Of a DNA stretch of 40,448 bases, positions 1-9,660 are shown one piece after another; position 1 is the stretch's first letter; each line of letters starts with the position of its first letter. The stretch lies in the IMG/VR virus record IMGVR_UViG_3300037714_000168, positions 1 through 40,448 of that record; one strand, written 5' to 3'. The notes beneath the pieces are model-generated. The model was not told the origin of the DNA. It saw only the letters and a list, made by a program, of their open reading frames with translations, and did no database searches. Source of the stretch: a virus. Taxonomy: Duplodnaviria > Caudoviricetes. The translations under genes were made by a program, and so were the position numbers.

Positions 1-127
1 CCGCGGCGGTCATCGGGGCCTTCTACAGCGAGCAGCAGCCGGCAAGCCTGGAGGCAGCGGGCACTCAATGGATGTATGCGGGGACGGTGGCGAAGCTCTA
101 CCGCTACGCGGCGGCTATCGCTCCGGC
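1..127 (+). repeat. Terminal direct repeat copy 1 (assembly circularisation overlap)
   Basis: 1-127 identical to 40322-40448; falls in the middle of a gene that reads in frame across the join. Confidence 0.95.
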
Positions 128-923
128 AGCTTGGGCCGATGTAACGCGGGTTGCGGGCGGCGATTACACGGCAGGCCGCTGGCGATTTGTGAAGTTCGGG
201 GCGCGGGTGATCGGCGTTGACGGTTCGGGCGCGCCGCAGAGTTTCCTGGAGGGCACGGATACCGATTTCTCGGCCCTTGCCGGCTCGCCGCCATCAGGGG
301 CGCAGGTAGTGAGCGTGGTCCGGGACTTTGTGAACATGGCGCCGCTCAGCAATACGCAACATTGGAGCGCTATCGACGATCCCGAAGACTGGACGCCCTC
401 GGCGACGACACAGAGCGACACGCAGACCATCCCTGAAGGCGGGTTTATCACCGGCCTTGCAAGCGGTGAGTACGGCGTGACGTTCATGGAAAACGCCATC
501 TACCGGCAGACCTACATCGGGTCGCCGCTGATTTTCCAGTTCGACAAGATCACGTCCAACGTAGGCATGCGTCTCGATACGTCGCTGGCCCAATTCGAGA
601 ACATCTGCTTTTTCCATTCCGGCGATGCCTTCTACATGCTGGTTGGCGGGCAGCAGTTGATCCCCATCGGCGAGGGGAAGGTTGACCGGTTCTTTCGAGA
701 CGAGTTTCCGGGCAACGTCACGCCGGCCTACATCAAGTCGGCCTGTGTCGATACGGTGCGCAAGCTCTATTGCGTCCACTATCAGAACGCGGATGGAGAC
801 GCGCGGCTGCTGTTCTATCACTGGCCGTCGCAGCGGTGGTCGCGCATGGAGGCGGTGGTCGACAGCGCAAATGTCGTCGAGTTCATCGTGGCGGCCAAGA
901 CGATCATGACCGGAGCAGAATAA
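1..923 (+). CDS. Tail hub / packaged-DNA stabilisation protein (P22 gp10-like), N-terminal part; gene starts at ATG 40177 and crosses the circular junction (about 355 aa)
   Basis: ATG 40177 is in frame with ATG 72 across the join (MIPLGEYRPDLP...); motifs WSAIDDPEDW, QSDTQTIPEGGFITGL, YIGSPLIFQFDKI, IPIGEGKVDRFF typical of podophage hub proteins; position after adaptor genes. Confidence 0.75.
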   Translation, partial: AAVIGAFYSEQQPASLEAAGTQWMYAGTVAKLYRYAAAIAPAAWADVTRVAGGDYTAGRWRFVKFGARVIGVDGSGAPQSFLEGTDTDFSALAGSPPSGAQVVSVVRDFVNMAPLSNTQHWSAIDDPEDWTPSATTQSDTQTIPEGGFITGLASGEYGVTFMENAIYRQTYIGSPLIFQFDKITSNVGMRLDTSLAQFENICFFHSGDAFYMLVGGQQLIPIGEGKVDRFFRDEFPGNVTPAYIKSACVDTVRKLYCVHYQNADGDARLLFYHWPSQRWSRMEAVVDSANVVEFIVAAKTIMTGAE

Positions 924-1309
924 TGACCAATGTCCGCACGGGCTTTACCCTGACGGCCTTCAATGCCTCTCACCGGCATGTCGGGTTTAACGGAACATCA
1001 GGGTCATTTCCGGCGACGATCGAGACGACGGAAGCGCAGATATTCCCCGGCCGGCGCGCGTTCGTGCAGGGCATCAGGCCGATTGTCGACGGCGGGACGG
1101 ATGCCAATATCACCGTTGCTGTTGCCGCCCGGTCGGCGCCAAACGATACGGTGACGTTTGGCTCGGCCGTCGCGATGAACGGCAGCGGGCTCTCTCCGCA
1201 GCGTTCGTCCGGCAGGTTCCACCGTGCGCGCGTGAACATTGCAGAGGACGACACCTGGGATAATGCGCTGGGCGTTGACGTTGAGGCCGTTCCCGAGGGC
1301 GAACGTTGA
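923..1309 (+). CDS. Tail hub protein, C-terminal part encoded as a separate ORF
   Basis: TAATG stop/start overlap at 921-925 with GGAG at 912-915; ATIETTE...IRPIVDG...PQRSSGRFHRARV...W..ALGVDV..PEGER resembles the C-terminus of this protein family. Confidence 0.7.
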   Translation: MTNVRTGFTLTAFNASHRHVGFNGTSGSFPATIETTEAQIFPGRRAFVQGIRPIVDGGTDANITVAVAARSAPNDTVTFGSAVAMNGSGLSPQRSSGRFHRARVNIAEDDTWDNALGVDVEAVPEGER

Positions 1310-2457
1310 CCGGCTACACCGGCCCGACGCTGCCGAGCACTGGAATCCCTCTCGTTGACGGTGCGCTTCGCCGGTTTGCCGACTGGTGCATGTCTACGCC
1401 CATGCAGGGGCATCTCAACAGCGACCTTGCGAGCATCTCTGACCTGACTCCGGCAGATGGAACGATCATCGTCGGCGACGGAACGGATTGGGTGGCGGAA
1501 TCGGGGGCCACGGCCAGGGCCTCCCTCGGGCTCACCATCGGCACGAACGTCCAAGCCTGGGATGCCGATCTCGATACGCTTGCGGGCCTAGCGAAGACGG
1601 ACGGCAATATCATTGTCGGAGATGGCGCGGCGTGGGTTGCCGAGTCAGGGGCGACGGCGAGAACATCTCTCGGGCTCGGCACTATCGCAACTCAGTCGGC
1701 GGCCAGTGTTGCGATCACCGGCGGCTCGATCACCGGGATCACCGATCTTGCCGTGGCGGACGGCGGCACGGGAGCCGGCACGGCGGCAGATGCCCGGACC
1801 AATCTCGGGCTGGTCATCGGGACCAATGTTCAGGCGTTCGACGCCGATCTGTCGGCATTGGCCGCGCTTGCTACCGCCGGCATTCTCGCACGCACCGGGG
1901 CCGGAACGGCGGCGGCCAGAACGATCACGGAGGGCACGGGGATCACCGTCGCTAATGGCGATGGGGCGGCTGGCAATCCGACCATAACCGCAACGCTCAC
2001 CGGCACCGTGGCGCAGATCGTCACGGATTTTGACGGGGCTGTGGCGACGGGGACGGCCCTGATTCCGTTCGACGACACGATCCCCGATCAATCCCTGTCC
2101 GAGGGCGACGAATACATGTCGGCCACGATTACGCCGACGAGCGCCACGTCTACCCTGCTGATCTTCGCGGTGCTGAATTTCTCGTCATCCACAACCGGAC
2201 ATATGACGCTCGCGCTGTTTCAGGACAGCACGGCGGCGGCCCTGAAAGCCAATACCCATCGTGTTGACGTGGTTGCTGCGGTTGCCCCCAGCATCCTCAT
2301 TCACTCCATGGCGGCCGGGACGACAAGCGCGACCACCTTTGCATTGCGCGCCGGCAGCAACGGCGCGGGCACAACGACATTCAACGGCGTAACCGGGGCG
2401 CAGCGATTTGGCGGCGCTATGGGCTCAGCCTTCATTGTCATTGAGGTCAAGCCATGA
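1306..2457 (+). CDS. Tail fibre/spike protein with internal repeats
   Basis: Repeats DG(T/N)IIVGDGxxWVAESGATAR(A/T)SLGL x2 and GTNVQA(W/F)DADL x2, LAVADGGTGA..A.DARTNLGL fibre motif, beta-rich C-terminal domain. Confidence 0.8.
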   Translation: MTGYTGPTLPSTGIPLVDGALRRFADWCMSTPMQGHLNSDLASISDLTPADGTIIVGDGTDWVAESGATARASLGLTIGTNVQAWDADLDTLAGLAKTDGNIIVGDGAAWVAESGATARTSLGLGTIATQSAASVAITGGSITGITDLAVADGGTGAGTAADARTNLGLVIGTNVQAFDADLSALAALATAGILARTGAGTAAARTITEGTGITVANGDGAAGNPTITATLTGTVAQIVTDFDGAVATGTALIPFDDTIPDQSLSEGDEYMSATITPTSATSTLLIFAVLNFSSSTTGHMTLALFQDSTAAALKANTHRVDVVAAVAPSILIHSMAAGTTSATTFALRAGSNGAGTTTFNGVTGAQRFGGAMGSAFIVIEVKP

Positions 2458-2717
2458 TCGGCGCGGTTCTCGGGTGGAAGTTCGACCATGCGCCTGGCAT
2501 CAGGACCAAGCAGCAGCCGGACGGCTCGATCACCATCACAGGGTGGCCGGCGAGCCTGGGCGCCCTGCCGACTCCCGAACAACTGGCGCAGTGGACAGCG
2601 GAATATGAAGCGGCTCGCAAGGCTGAGCCGACGCTTGCCGACGTGGTTGCGGCGATCCGCGAGCATGACGCTGCGCTTGCGGCGAAGATCGATGCGGAAA
2701 CTGGAAAGAGACCGTGA
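2454..2717 (+). CDS. Probable tail fibre assembly chaperone (XkdW-like)
   Basis: ATGA overlap with fibre gene; ITGW..LGALPTPEQL pattern; position. Confidence 0.55.
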   Translation: MIGAVLGWKFDHAPGIRTKQQPDGSITITGWPASLGALPTPEQLAQWTAEYEAARKAEPTLADVVAAIREHDAALAAKIDAETGKRP

Positions 2718-3841
2718 TGGCGACTCCATTTGAACTCTTCTCCCAGCGCTTCGGTGGCCAGCAGCTCGGCGCCTATAACCCGTTCCAGACCGCGCCGAGC
2801 TATCAAAGCCCATACACCCCCGGCGCGTTCAATGCACCAGCCTCGCCGGGCGGCGCACTGTCGCCGCCACCCGCCCAAGGCGGCGGCGTGCTGTCGCCCC
2901 CCGCAGGCGGTCAAGCGGCCGGCGGGGTCGGCCCCGGAGAGGGCGGGCGGGGGAATGATGCGGGAGTTCTCGGGCAGGGCAACCCCGGCTATGCGCCGGG
3001 CTACTCGGACACGGCGGCGGCGATTGGGGCGGGCCTTGGAATGCTGATCCCGGGGGTCGGTCCGCTGGTCACGGCCGGGAATGCCATGGCCGGACAAAGT
3101 GCTGCGCAACAGCAGGCCGACATGATGTCCAAGATCACGGGCAAGCCTATCGACTTGGGCGGCGTTCTTAGCCCGGACAATCTCTATGCCGGAACCGGTG
3201 GATTCCTGGGCGACAGTCCTTACGCCAAGGGCCTGGGCGGCTACGGCGAGCTGGGGACCGGTGGCATCACCGGCATGCAGAACATGATGGACCCCGGCGT
3301 CATGGGGGCGGCCAGGGCGCAGGCGGCCTCGCTGGTGAACGAATTCAACCCGGCCGGTCCGATCGGCCCCGCCCCCGGCGTGCTCTCCGGTGCTCCTGCG
3401 GCTCCTGCTGGCGGCGTTCTGTCGACTCCTGCCAAAGCTCCCGCGCCCGTTTCCAGCGCGGCAGCCACGGCCGCCCGCGCCGCCTTTGCTGGCTCGATTC
3501 CACAAGGCCCGGAACGGCAGGCGGTCATGGCCGAGTATGACCGTGCCATCAAGAACGCCGTTGCCGGCTCCGCCAGCGGCACGCTTACCCAGGCCGCGCT
3601 TGATAAGGCCAAGGCTACGGCGAAGTCCTCCGCCGCCGCTAAGGGCGTAGGTGGGGGTAACACGACGGGCTCCGGCGCCAAGAGCGGACAGGCTGCCGGG
3701 CAGTCGGCCAAGGCCGGCGGCAACGGCGGCGGCAAGCGATCGGACTCTGGCGGGTCTGCAAAGGGCGGTGGCAAGAGCAGCGGCGGTGGTTCTGCCGGCG
3801 CGGGGCCGAAGGGCACGGGCAGCAAGGGCGGGAATAAGTAG
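2714..3841 (+). CDS. Gly/Ala-rich low-complexity virion-associated (possibly ejected) protein
   Basis: 375-aa ORF, coupled start, repeated GGVLS(P/T)P motif, Gly/Lys/Ser-rich tail; lies between fibre and ejection genes. Confidence 0.6.
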   Translation: MMATPFELFSQRFGGQQLGAYNPFQTAPSYQSPYTPGAFNAPASPGGALSPPPAQGGGVLSPPAGGQAAGGVGPGEGGRGNDAGVLGQGNPGYAPGYSDTAAAIGAGLGMLIPGVGPLVTAGNAMAGQSAAQQQADMMSKITGKPIDLGGVLSPDNLYAGTGGFLGDSPYAKGLGGYGELGTGGITGMQNMMDPGVMGAARAQAASLVNEFNPAGPIGPAPGVLSGAPAAPAGGVLSTPAKAPAPVSSAAATAARAAFAGSIPQGPERQAVMAEYDRAIKNAVAGSASGTLTQAALDKAKATAKSSAAAKGVGGGNTTGSGAKSGQAAGQSAKAGGNGGGKRSDSGGSAKGGGKSSGGGSAGAGPKGTGSKGGNK

Positions 3842-3856
3842 CCCTGCTTTAGCGTG

Positions 3857-3875
3857 CAGCAGGTAAGTCCTGCTG
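3857..3875. terminator. Hairpin CAGCAGG-TAAGT-CCTGCTG followed by a T-rich tract
   Basis: 7-bp perfect stem between two late genes. Confidence 0.4.
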
Positions 3876-3903
3876 TCATTTGTTTCTGTGGAACATCAAT
3901 GAA

Positions 3904-4254
3904 ATGAGCAACATACCTGCCTGGACGGGCGGGCCGTGCTGGATTTGTGGCGCCTACCGCCCGAATTCGCGGTCTTGCCAGTCTTGTCAAAACGCACGGA
4001 TGCGGGCTTGGCGCAAGACGCATCCGTTGACCCCAGAACAGCGGTTCAAGGACACCGCGCGAAGCTATGCCGGAGTCTATAAGCGCCGCGGCCATTTGGT
4101 GCCGGAGCCATGTGCTTGCGGAAGCTTTAATGTCGAGATGCACCATCCGGACTACAGCAAGCCTCTCTTGGTGGTCTGGATGTGCCGTCCCTGTCATCTC
4201 TGGCATCATGCTGCCGAACGCCAGCCCCAAGAGTTGCGGGAGATCGCGGCGTGA
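3904..4254 (+). CDS. Zn-finger/HNH-like endonuclease
   Basis: CxxC pairs plus HHPDYSKPLLVVWMCRPCH motif common in phage HNH-like proteins. Confidence 0.65.
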   Translation: MSNIPAWTGGPCWICGAYRPNSRSCQSCQNARMRAWRKTHPLTPEQRFKDTARSYAGVYKRRGHLVPEPCACGSFNVEMHHPDYSKPLLVVWMCRPCHLWHHAAERQPQELREIAA

Positions 4255-4676
4255 GAACGGCTACTGACAGCCTGCCTGTCCTTATAGGCGTCAAATCCGA
4301 CCGGATCGACGCCGTCTGGCCGGAGATCGAGGGGCTTGTGGTCCGGGGGCTGGAATATTGCGCCGGTACGCATTGGCCGGAAGACGTGAAGGCGGCGTTA
4401 ATCAAGCGGCAGATGCAGCTCCATGTGGCCCAGGGCGACCGGATCGAGGCTATCTGCATCACTCAGTTTGTCAATTACCCCCGCCGGTTGCTGTGCAACC
4501 TGTTCTTGCTGGCCGGCGCGAATATGGGCCGGTGGTTCCACTACTTGCCCGTCCTGATGGCATGGGCGCGGTCAGAGGGCTGCGACGGGCTTGAAGTCCG
4601 CCATGGCCGTCAGGGATGGGCCAGGGCGCTCGGCCCTGAGTGGTCGACGGCTGTTATCCTGAGGAGAGACCTATGA
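4251..4676 (+). CDS. Conserved podophage GNAT-fold virion assembly protein (P22 gp14-like position)
   Basis: GTG start overlapping previous stop; T.FVNYPR...LAG...WARSEGC......GRQGWAR motif. Confidence 0.65.
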   Translation: MRTATDSLPVLIGVKSDRIDAVWPEIEGLVVRGLEYCAGTHWPEDVKAALIKRQMQLHVAQGDRIEAICITQFVNYPRRLLCNLFLLAGANMGRWFHYLPVLMAWARSEGCDGLEVRHGRQGWARALGPEWSTAVILRRDL

Positions 4677-5440
4677 GCGGCGGCGGCGGTTCCGATACGG
4701 TTGTCCAGAATAACGACCCTCCAGAGTATGCGCAGCCCTATCTTCAGCATGCGCTCGGCGAGGCACAAAACCAGTACCAGACGGGTGGCCCGTCGTTCTA
4801 TCCGGGGTCAACCCTGGCCGCCCAGAGCCCGGAGACGCTGGCGGCGACCGGTGCGCTCGCCAGCCGAGGCATGACCGGCAACCCGCTTGTGCAGAGCGCC
4901 CAGGCCCAGCAGCAGGGCACCGTTGGCGGCCAGTACCTTGCCGGCAACCCCATGCAGGATGCGGTGTACGGCAACGTGGCCTCCAAGGTGTTGCCAAGCG
5001 TGACCAGCCAGTTTTCCGGCGCCGGGCGCTACGGATCGAACGCGCATCAGAATCAGCTCGTCGACCAGTTGACCAGCGCCTACGCTCCCTACGCCAGCCA
5101 GAACTATCAGTTTGAGCGTGGCAACCAGGAAGCCGCCGCCGCACGGTCGCCACAATTCGCCGCCGAGGATTACCGGGATATCGCGGCCGTGGGGCAGGCC
5201 GGGGCCATGCGGGACCAGTACGGCCAGCAGCAGATCAACGCCGACCGCGAGCGGTTCGACTTTGCCCAGCAGAGCCCGCAAGACCAGCTTGCCCGGTACA
5301 TGGCGCTCATCTCCGGCGGGACGGTTGGCGGGACCAGCACGACGGAACAGCCGAGCGCGAGCACAGTTCAACAGCTCTTGCAGGGTGGTGGCCTGCTCCT
5401 CGGCGGATATGGAGCGGGTGTTAGCGGAGGGCTTTGGTAA
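4673..5440 (+). CDS. DNA ejection (internal virion) protein, gp7-like
   Basis: MSGGGGS..T...PPEYAQPYL start, Gln/Gly-rich body, hydrophobic Gly-rich C-terminus. Confidence 0.7.
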   Translation: MSGGGGSDTVVQNNDPPEYAQPYLQHALGEAQNQYQTGGPSFYPGSTLAAQSPETLAATGALASRGMTGNPLVQSAQAQQQGTVGGQYLAGNPMQDAVYGNVASKVLPSVTSQFSGAGRYGSNAHQNQLVDQLTSAYAPYASQNYQFERGNQEAAAARSPQFAAEDYRDIAAVGQAGAMRDQYGQQQINADRERFDFAQQSPQDQLARYMALISGGTVGGTSTTEQPSASTVQQLLQGGGLLLGGYGAGVSGGLW

Positions 5441-6726
5441 TGGCATTCGGCGTCCTCTCCAATCCCGCTACCGACCCCCGCCGTCAGGCGTTCGGCCAGG
5501 GCGTGCTGAGCCTTGGGGCGCAACTCGCTCAGGGCGGGCAGGGCGGTGTGCTGTCCAATCTCGGGCGTGGCCTCGGGGCATTCCAGCAGGGTCAGCAGGG
5601 CGCGCTCAATCAGCAGCGGCAGGACCAGCTCTATGACCTGCAACTGCGGGGGCTGGAACGCGATGAGCGGAAGGCTGCGCTTACCGAACAGCAGCGGGAC
5701 CAGATGGCGCAGGCTGTCGAGGAATACCTGCAAACCAACCAGCTCCCGCCAGAGGTCGACAGCATCGTGCGGACCCGCTACGCAGGCGGCGATGTTGATG
5801 GCGCGCTTACAGCGGCCAGCGATTACGTCATGAAGCAGATGGAAGGCGGCGATGCGCCTAAGACGGTCGGCGGCATGCAGTGGAATGCACAGGCCGGTCA
5901 GTTCACCCCAATCCCCGGCTATACCGATCAGGCGTCGGCGATTGCTGCGGCGGGCAGGGCGCCCGGGCCGACGAATGAGAATGCTCGCCAGATTGACGCC
6001 CTCATGATGCGCGGCCTGCCCCGTCAGGACGCCGAAGACATTGCCTATGGGCTGGTCCGGCCCGTCACCGATCCGATCAACGGCACGACCAAGCTGGTCA
6101 ATATTGCTGACGGCACGGAGCGGCCTCTGATGCCCGCTACGGGAGGCCCGGCTGGCGGCACCATGACCTCAGGCGGGGTCGACGTGAGCGGCCTGCCCAA
6201 GACCGTGCAGACGGAGATGGCGGGGCAGGCCGTCACCATCATGCCGGTGGTCGAGGAACTGGCGAAGTTCAAGAACGAACTGACGGCGGTCGGCTTTGTG
6301 CCGGTTATCAAGGAAATTGCTGGGTCGACCATCGGCCAGATACCGGGGATGGAAGGCGCGGTGTCCGAGGATGTGACGCGCCAGCGTACCCGGCTCCGGG
6401 TGTTGCGGGAAAACCTGCTGAAGGCGATTTCCGGCGACGTGGGCCAGGGCTTCAGCAATGTCGACCGCGCCCGGATCGAGGCCCTGCTGCCGTCTACCGG
6501 CGTGTTCGAGTCGGTCGATCAGGCGCGGATCAACCTGGATGAGCTGGAGCAACTGCTGCGCAGCAAGCTTGGCTCGCTCGGCGTCCCGACGCCACCGGCT
6601 GGCCCGTTGCAGGGCGATACGGCGGTTATCGATGGCGTGACGGTGGAAGTGCTGGGCAAGAACGCGGATGGTTCCATGCGTATCCGCGACCCGTCAACCG
6701 GTCGCACCGGCACCTATAGGCCCTGA
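5440..6726 (+). CDS. DNA ejection protein, gp20-like
   Basis: TAATG coupling; Gly/Gln-rich N-terminus, helical body; second of three ejection genes. Confidence 0.65.
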   Translation: MAFGVLSNPATDPRRQAFGQGVLSLGAQLAQGGQGGVLSNLGRGLGAFQQGQQGALNQQRQDQLYDLQLRGLERDERKAALTEQQRDQMAQAVEEYLQTNQLPPEVDSIVRTRYAGGDVDGALTAASDYVMKQMEGGDAPKTVGGMQWNAQAGQFTPIPGYTDQASAIAAAGRAPGPTNENARQIDALMMRGLPRQDAEDIAYGLVRPVTDPINGTTKLVNIADGTERPLMPATGGPAGGTMTSGGVDVSGLPKTVQTEMAGQAVTIMPVVEELAKFKNELTAVGFVPVIKEIAGSTIGQIPGMEGAVSEDVTRQRTRLRVLRENLLKAISGDVGQGFSNVDRARIEALLPSTGVFESVDQARINLDELEQLLRSKLGSLGVPTPPAGPLQGDTAVIDGVTVEVLGKNADGSMRIRDPSTGRTGTYRP

Positions 6727-6727
6727 C

Positions 6728-9412
6728 ATGCCCATTGAATGGGATTCCCAAGAGAGCGCGCCCGCTGGCGGCAAGATCGCCTGGGATGACGAGCAGCCTG
6801 ACTCTGGCGGGCTCTTGCAGCAAGGCGTCTATGGGTTCAACCGCGGCCTCGCCAAAATCCTGCCCTACCAGCTCCTGCCGGAAGGCGCTGAGCGGTTCGT
6901 TGAAGAGCGGTTTCTGGGCTCTGAGCGTCCGCCGCAGGGCATGGCTGAGCGGATTGCCGGGCGGACCGGTCAGGAAGTTGGCGCTACTGCCCCTCTGGCG
7001 GCCCTTACGATGGGCCTTGCCCCGCTGGCCCCGGCGGTCAGTCAAGCCGGCAATGCCGTTCAGCGGGGCGCCGCAGCTCTGATGGAGGGCATCCGGAGCA
7101 CGCCAGGGCGCGCTGCAATCGGCGAGCTGGTATCGGCTACCGGGGCAGGGGCGGGCGCCGGCATCGCTCAGGAGATCGCGCCCGGCAGCGCGGGTGCCGA
7201 GATGACAGGCCAGCTTGCCGGCGGTGTCGCGCCCCTGGCCCTGGCCGCCGCGCCTACCCGCTGGATCATGAAGGGCGGCAAATGGGTGCTGGAGCGTGTT
7301 GTTCCTCCTACCCAGCCGGGAGAAGAGCCGGGCATGATCCGCAGCGTGATCGACTGGCTGCTGCCCAACCGCGGCAGGGTCCAGGGCAACGCGGCCGGGC
7401 AGGCGGTGCAGGCCACCATCGGCGGCGAGCTGACGCCCGGCGCCTTGGAGCAGTTGCGGCAAGCCGATGAGATCGCCGGCCGCGTCCCCGGCTTCAGGCC
7501 GAGCCTTGCTGAAGGAACGGGGAGCCCGGCCCTGGTTGCGACACAGCGGGCGCTGGAGCGTGGTCTGACCGGCAAGGATCTGGAAATGGCGGCCATGCGC
7601 CGGCAGGGCAATGAGCGTGCCCTGGAAACCTTCGCCACTCGACAGGCCCCGCCCGGCAAGCCGGTCGAATTCGTGATCGACGCGGCGACCAGGAGTGTCA
7701 ATGACATCCGGGCTGGGATCACGGGCAAGCAGGGCGAAATGACGGCCATGCGCCAGCAGCTTGCCGAGCAACGGCTGCCCATCGCGGATCGCTCCAAGAT
7801 CGGTTTCGGCATGCGGGACCAGCTTCTCGTTGAACAGCGCCGGGCTGCGGCCGAGCTGGCGAAGACCCGCGCGAACATCGGGATTGACCAAGCCGACGTG
7901 ACGGTGCCGTTCGGGCAGTTTGCTGCCGACGTGGCCGCGATGGCGCCGGACTCGCCGTTCCGCGACCTCCGGCGCTATCCGGATATCATGCAGATCATCC
8001 GGCGCGTGGGCGCGGATGAAGTGCCGTCCGGCGCTCCCAAGACCTATGAGGGTGGGCCAAACGAGCCACCGATAGGCAGCCTGGAATCTGCCTATCTTGA
8101 TCCCAGCGCGTCATTGCCGGAGCCGACGCAGGTTAATGTCAGCTTCAGTGATCTTGTGGCTCTCCGAGAGGAAATCGGCTTCCAGGTCCGCAACGCCGAG
8201 GCTGCGGCCAACCCGGATTTCCGCAAGGTCAGGTTGCTTGTCGGCCTGCGGCAAAAGCTGGATGATACGCTTGAAGGTCTGGATTTCCCTGACCCCGGAC
8301 TCTCGGCTGCCTACAAGCAATATCGGCAGCAGTATTTCACCGATTACGTCGAGCGCTTCCGTAAGGGCGCCGCCTGGGAAGTGCGCCGCAAGGATGGGCG
8401 CGGTTTCTACCGAACGGAGGACGAGAACGTTGCGACGACTTTCTTCCGGCCCGGCGACGTTGAGGCGGCGCGCCAATTCAACGCCATCTATCGTGGCAAT
8501 CCCGAAGCCGATGCCGGTTTGGCGGCGGTGGCTCTGGATGATCTACGCGATGCTGCGGTTCGGGATGGGCAGTTAGACCCCCGCCTTTATGAGACATGGC
8601 TGCGCAAGCACCGCAGCGTGCTTGACCAGTTCCCGGCCCTTCGGACCAAGATCGCCGAGCTCGGCTCAGCCAATCAGGGCTTGCTTGCCCGCGAGGCCGA
8701 GCTGCTGGAACGCTCGCAGGCTATCGAGGATCAGGTTCTCGTCAAGTCGCTCAACGCCATCTCCGGGGGCACAAAGACCCCGCCACAGCTCGTTGCCGAA
8801 GCGCTCAAGAATCCGATGAAGATGGGCCAGATGAAGGCGATCATCCGCGGTAACGAGGCGGCTGAACAGGCGTGGGCGCGTGCCGTCTGGGATGCCGCGG
8901 CCGGGCAGAAGGACATCGGCCAGTTCATCGCCGCCAACGAGCCGGCGCTGAAACTCGCCCTCAGCTCTCGCCATATCGACGACCTGAAAATCCTGGCTCA
9001 GGGATCGGAGATTCTGGCCCGCGTGCCGGCACCGTCAGGTGGCGTGCTGCAAAGCGACCCTGCGGCATCCCTGCAAAAGGCATTGGGCGGGGTCAAGCTC
9101 ACTACGCTGGAATCCCGCATCTCGGCCGTACGGCAGGGGCGGACCAACTGGCGGACGGAGACCATCGCGCTCATGTCCCGCTTCATGCGCGGCTACAGTC
9201 AGGATCAGTCGGCGGCCCTGTTGCAGGAGGCCCTGTATGATCCTCAGGTGGCTCGCGACCTTGCGAACACCATGCGATTCCGGACGCTCACGCCGGTCAT
9301 CGCGCGGCGCTTGAATGTGCGGCTGTTCAATCTCGGGATGAACACTCGGGAGCAGCAGGGCGAGGAAATGCAGCCGGTGCAAATGACGCCCGGCTACAGC
9401 GCTATCCCTTAG
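6728..9412 (+). CDS. Large DNA ejection protein, gp16-like (about 894 aa)
   Basis: Largest ORF, Ala/Gly-rich membrane-like segments then long helical region; last gene of the ejection cluster. Confidence 0.7.
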   Translation: MPIEWDSQESAPAGGKIAWDDEQPDSGGLLQQGVYGFNRGLAKILPYQLLPEGAERFVEERFLGSERPPQGMAERIAGRTGQEVGATAPLAALTMGLAPLAPAVSQAGNAVQRGAAALMEGIRSTPGRAAIGELVSATGAGAGAGIAQEIAPGSAGAEMTGQLAGGVAPLALAAAPTRWIMKGGKWVLERVVPPTQPGEEPGMIRSVIDWLLPNRGRVQGNAAGQAVQATIGGELTPGALEQLRQADEIAGRVPGFRPSLAEGTGSPALVATQRALERGLTGKDLEMAAMRRQGNERALETFATRQAPPGKPVEFVIDAATRSVNDIRAGITGKQGEMTAMRQQLAEQRLPIADRSKIGFGMRDQLLVEQRRAAAELAKTRANIGIDQADVTVPFGQFAADVAAMAPDSPFRDLRRYPDIMQIIRRVGADEVPSGAPKTYEGGPNEPPIGSLESAYLDPSASLPEPTQVNVSFSDLVALREEIGFQVRNAEAAANPDFRKVRLLVGLRQKLDDTLEGLDFPDPGLSAAYKQYRQQYFTDYVERFRKGAAWEVRRKDGRGFYRTEDENVATTFFRPGDVEAARQFNAIYRGNPEADAGLAAVALDDLRDAAVRDGQLDPRLYETWLRKHRSVLDQFPALRTKIAELGSANQGLLAREAELLERSQAIEDQVLVKSLNAISGGTKTPPQLVAEALKNPMKMGQMKAIIRGNEAAEQAWARAVWDAAAGQKDIGQFIAANEPALKLALSSRHIDDLKILAQGSEILARVPAPSGGVLQSDPAASLQKALGGVKLTTLESRISAVRQGRTNWRTETIALMSRFMRGYSQDQSAALLQEALYDPQVARDLANTMRFRTLTPVIARRLNVRLFNLGMNTREQQGEEMQPVQMTPGYSAIP

Positions 9413-9548
9413 GCCCCTGTGTCGCCACCGCCCGGTCTACCGACATGGGCTCGACATGGGGTGCGGCCGCATTCTGCGGGACCTTGCCAGGGCAGGCCAG
9501 GACGGGCGCGGCGAGCAGCAGAAACGCAACGGCTATAAGGTATTTCAT
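9402..9548 (-). CDS. Small exported or lipoprotein-like peptide (48 aa, MKYLIAVAFLLLAAPVLAC...), antisense moron
   Basis: Not in ORF track; read from sequence: GGAGG RBS, ATG 9548, TAG 9402-9404, signal peptide ending VLA-C. Confidence 0.65.
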   Translation of the reverse strand: MKYLIAVAFLLLAAPVLACPGKVPQNAAAPHVEPMSVDRAVATQGPKG

Positions 9549-9660
9549 CTAGTCCTCCGGTTGAGAAACGCCTACAATTCAGGCCAAAGACGGGGCGGCG
9601 GAGTGGGATCAGCACCCCGCCGTCCCTGGCCACCCGCAATCCTGGCTAGAGGATACGCGA

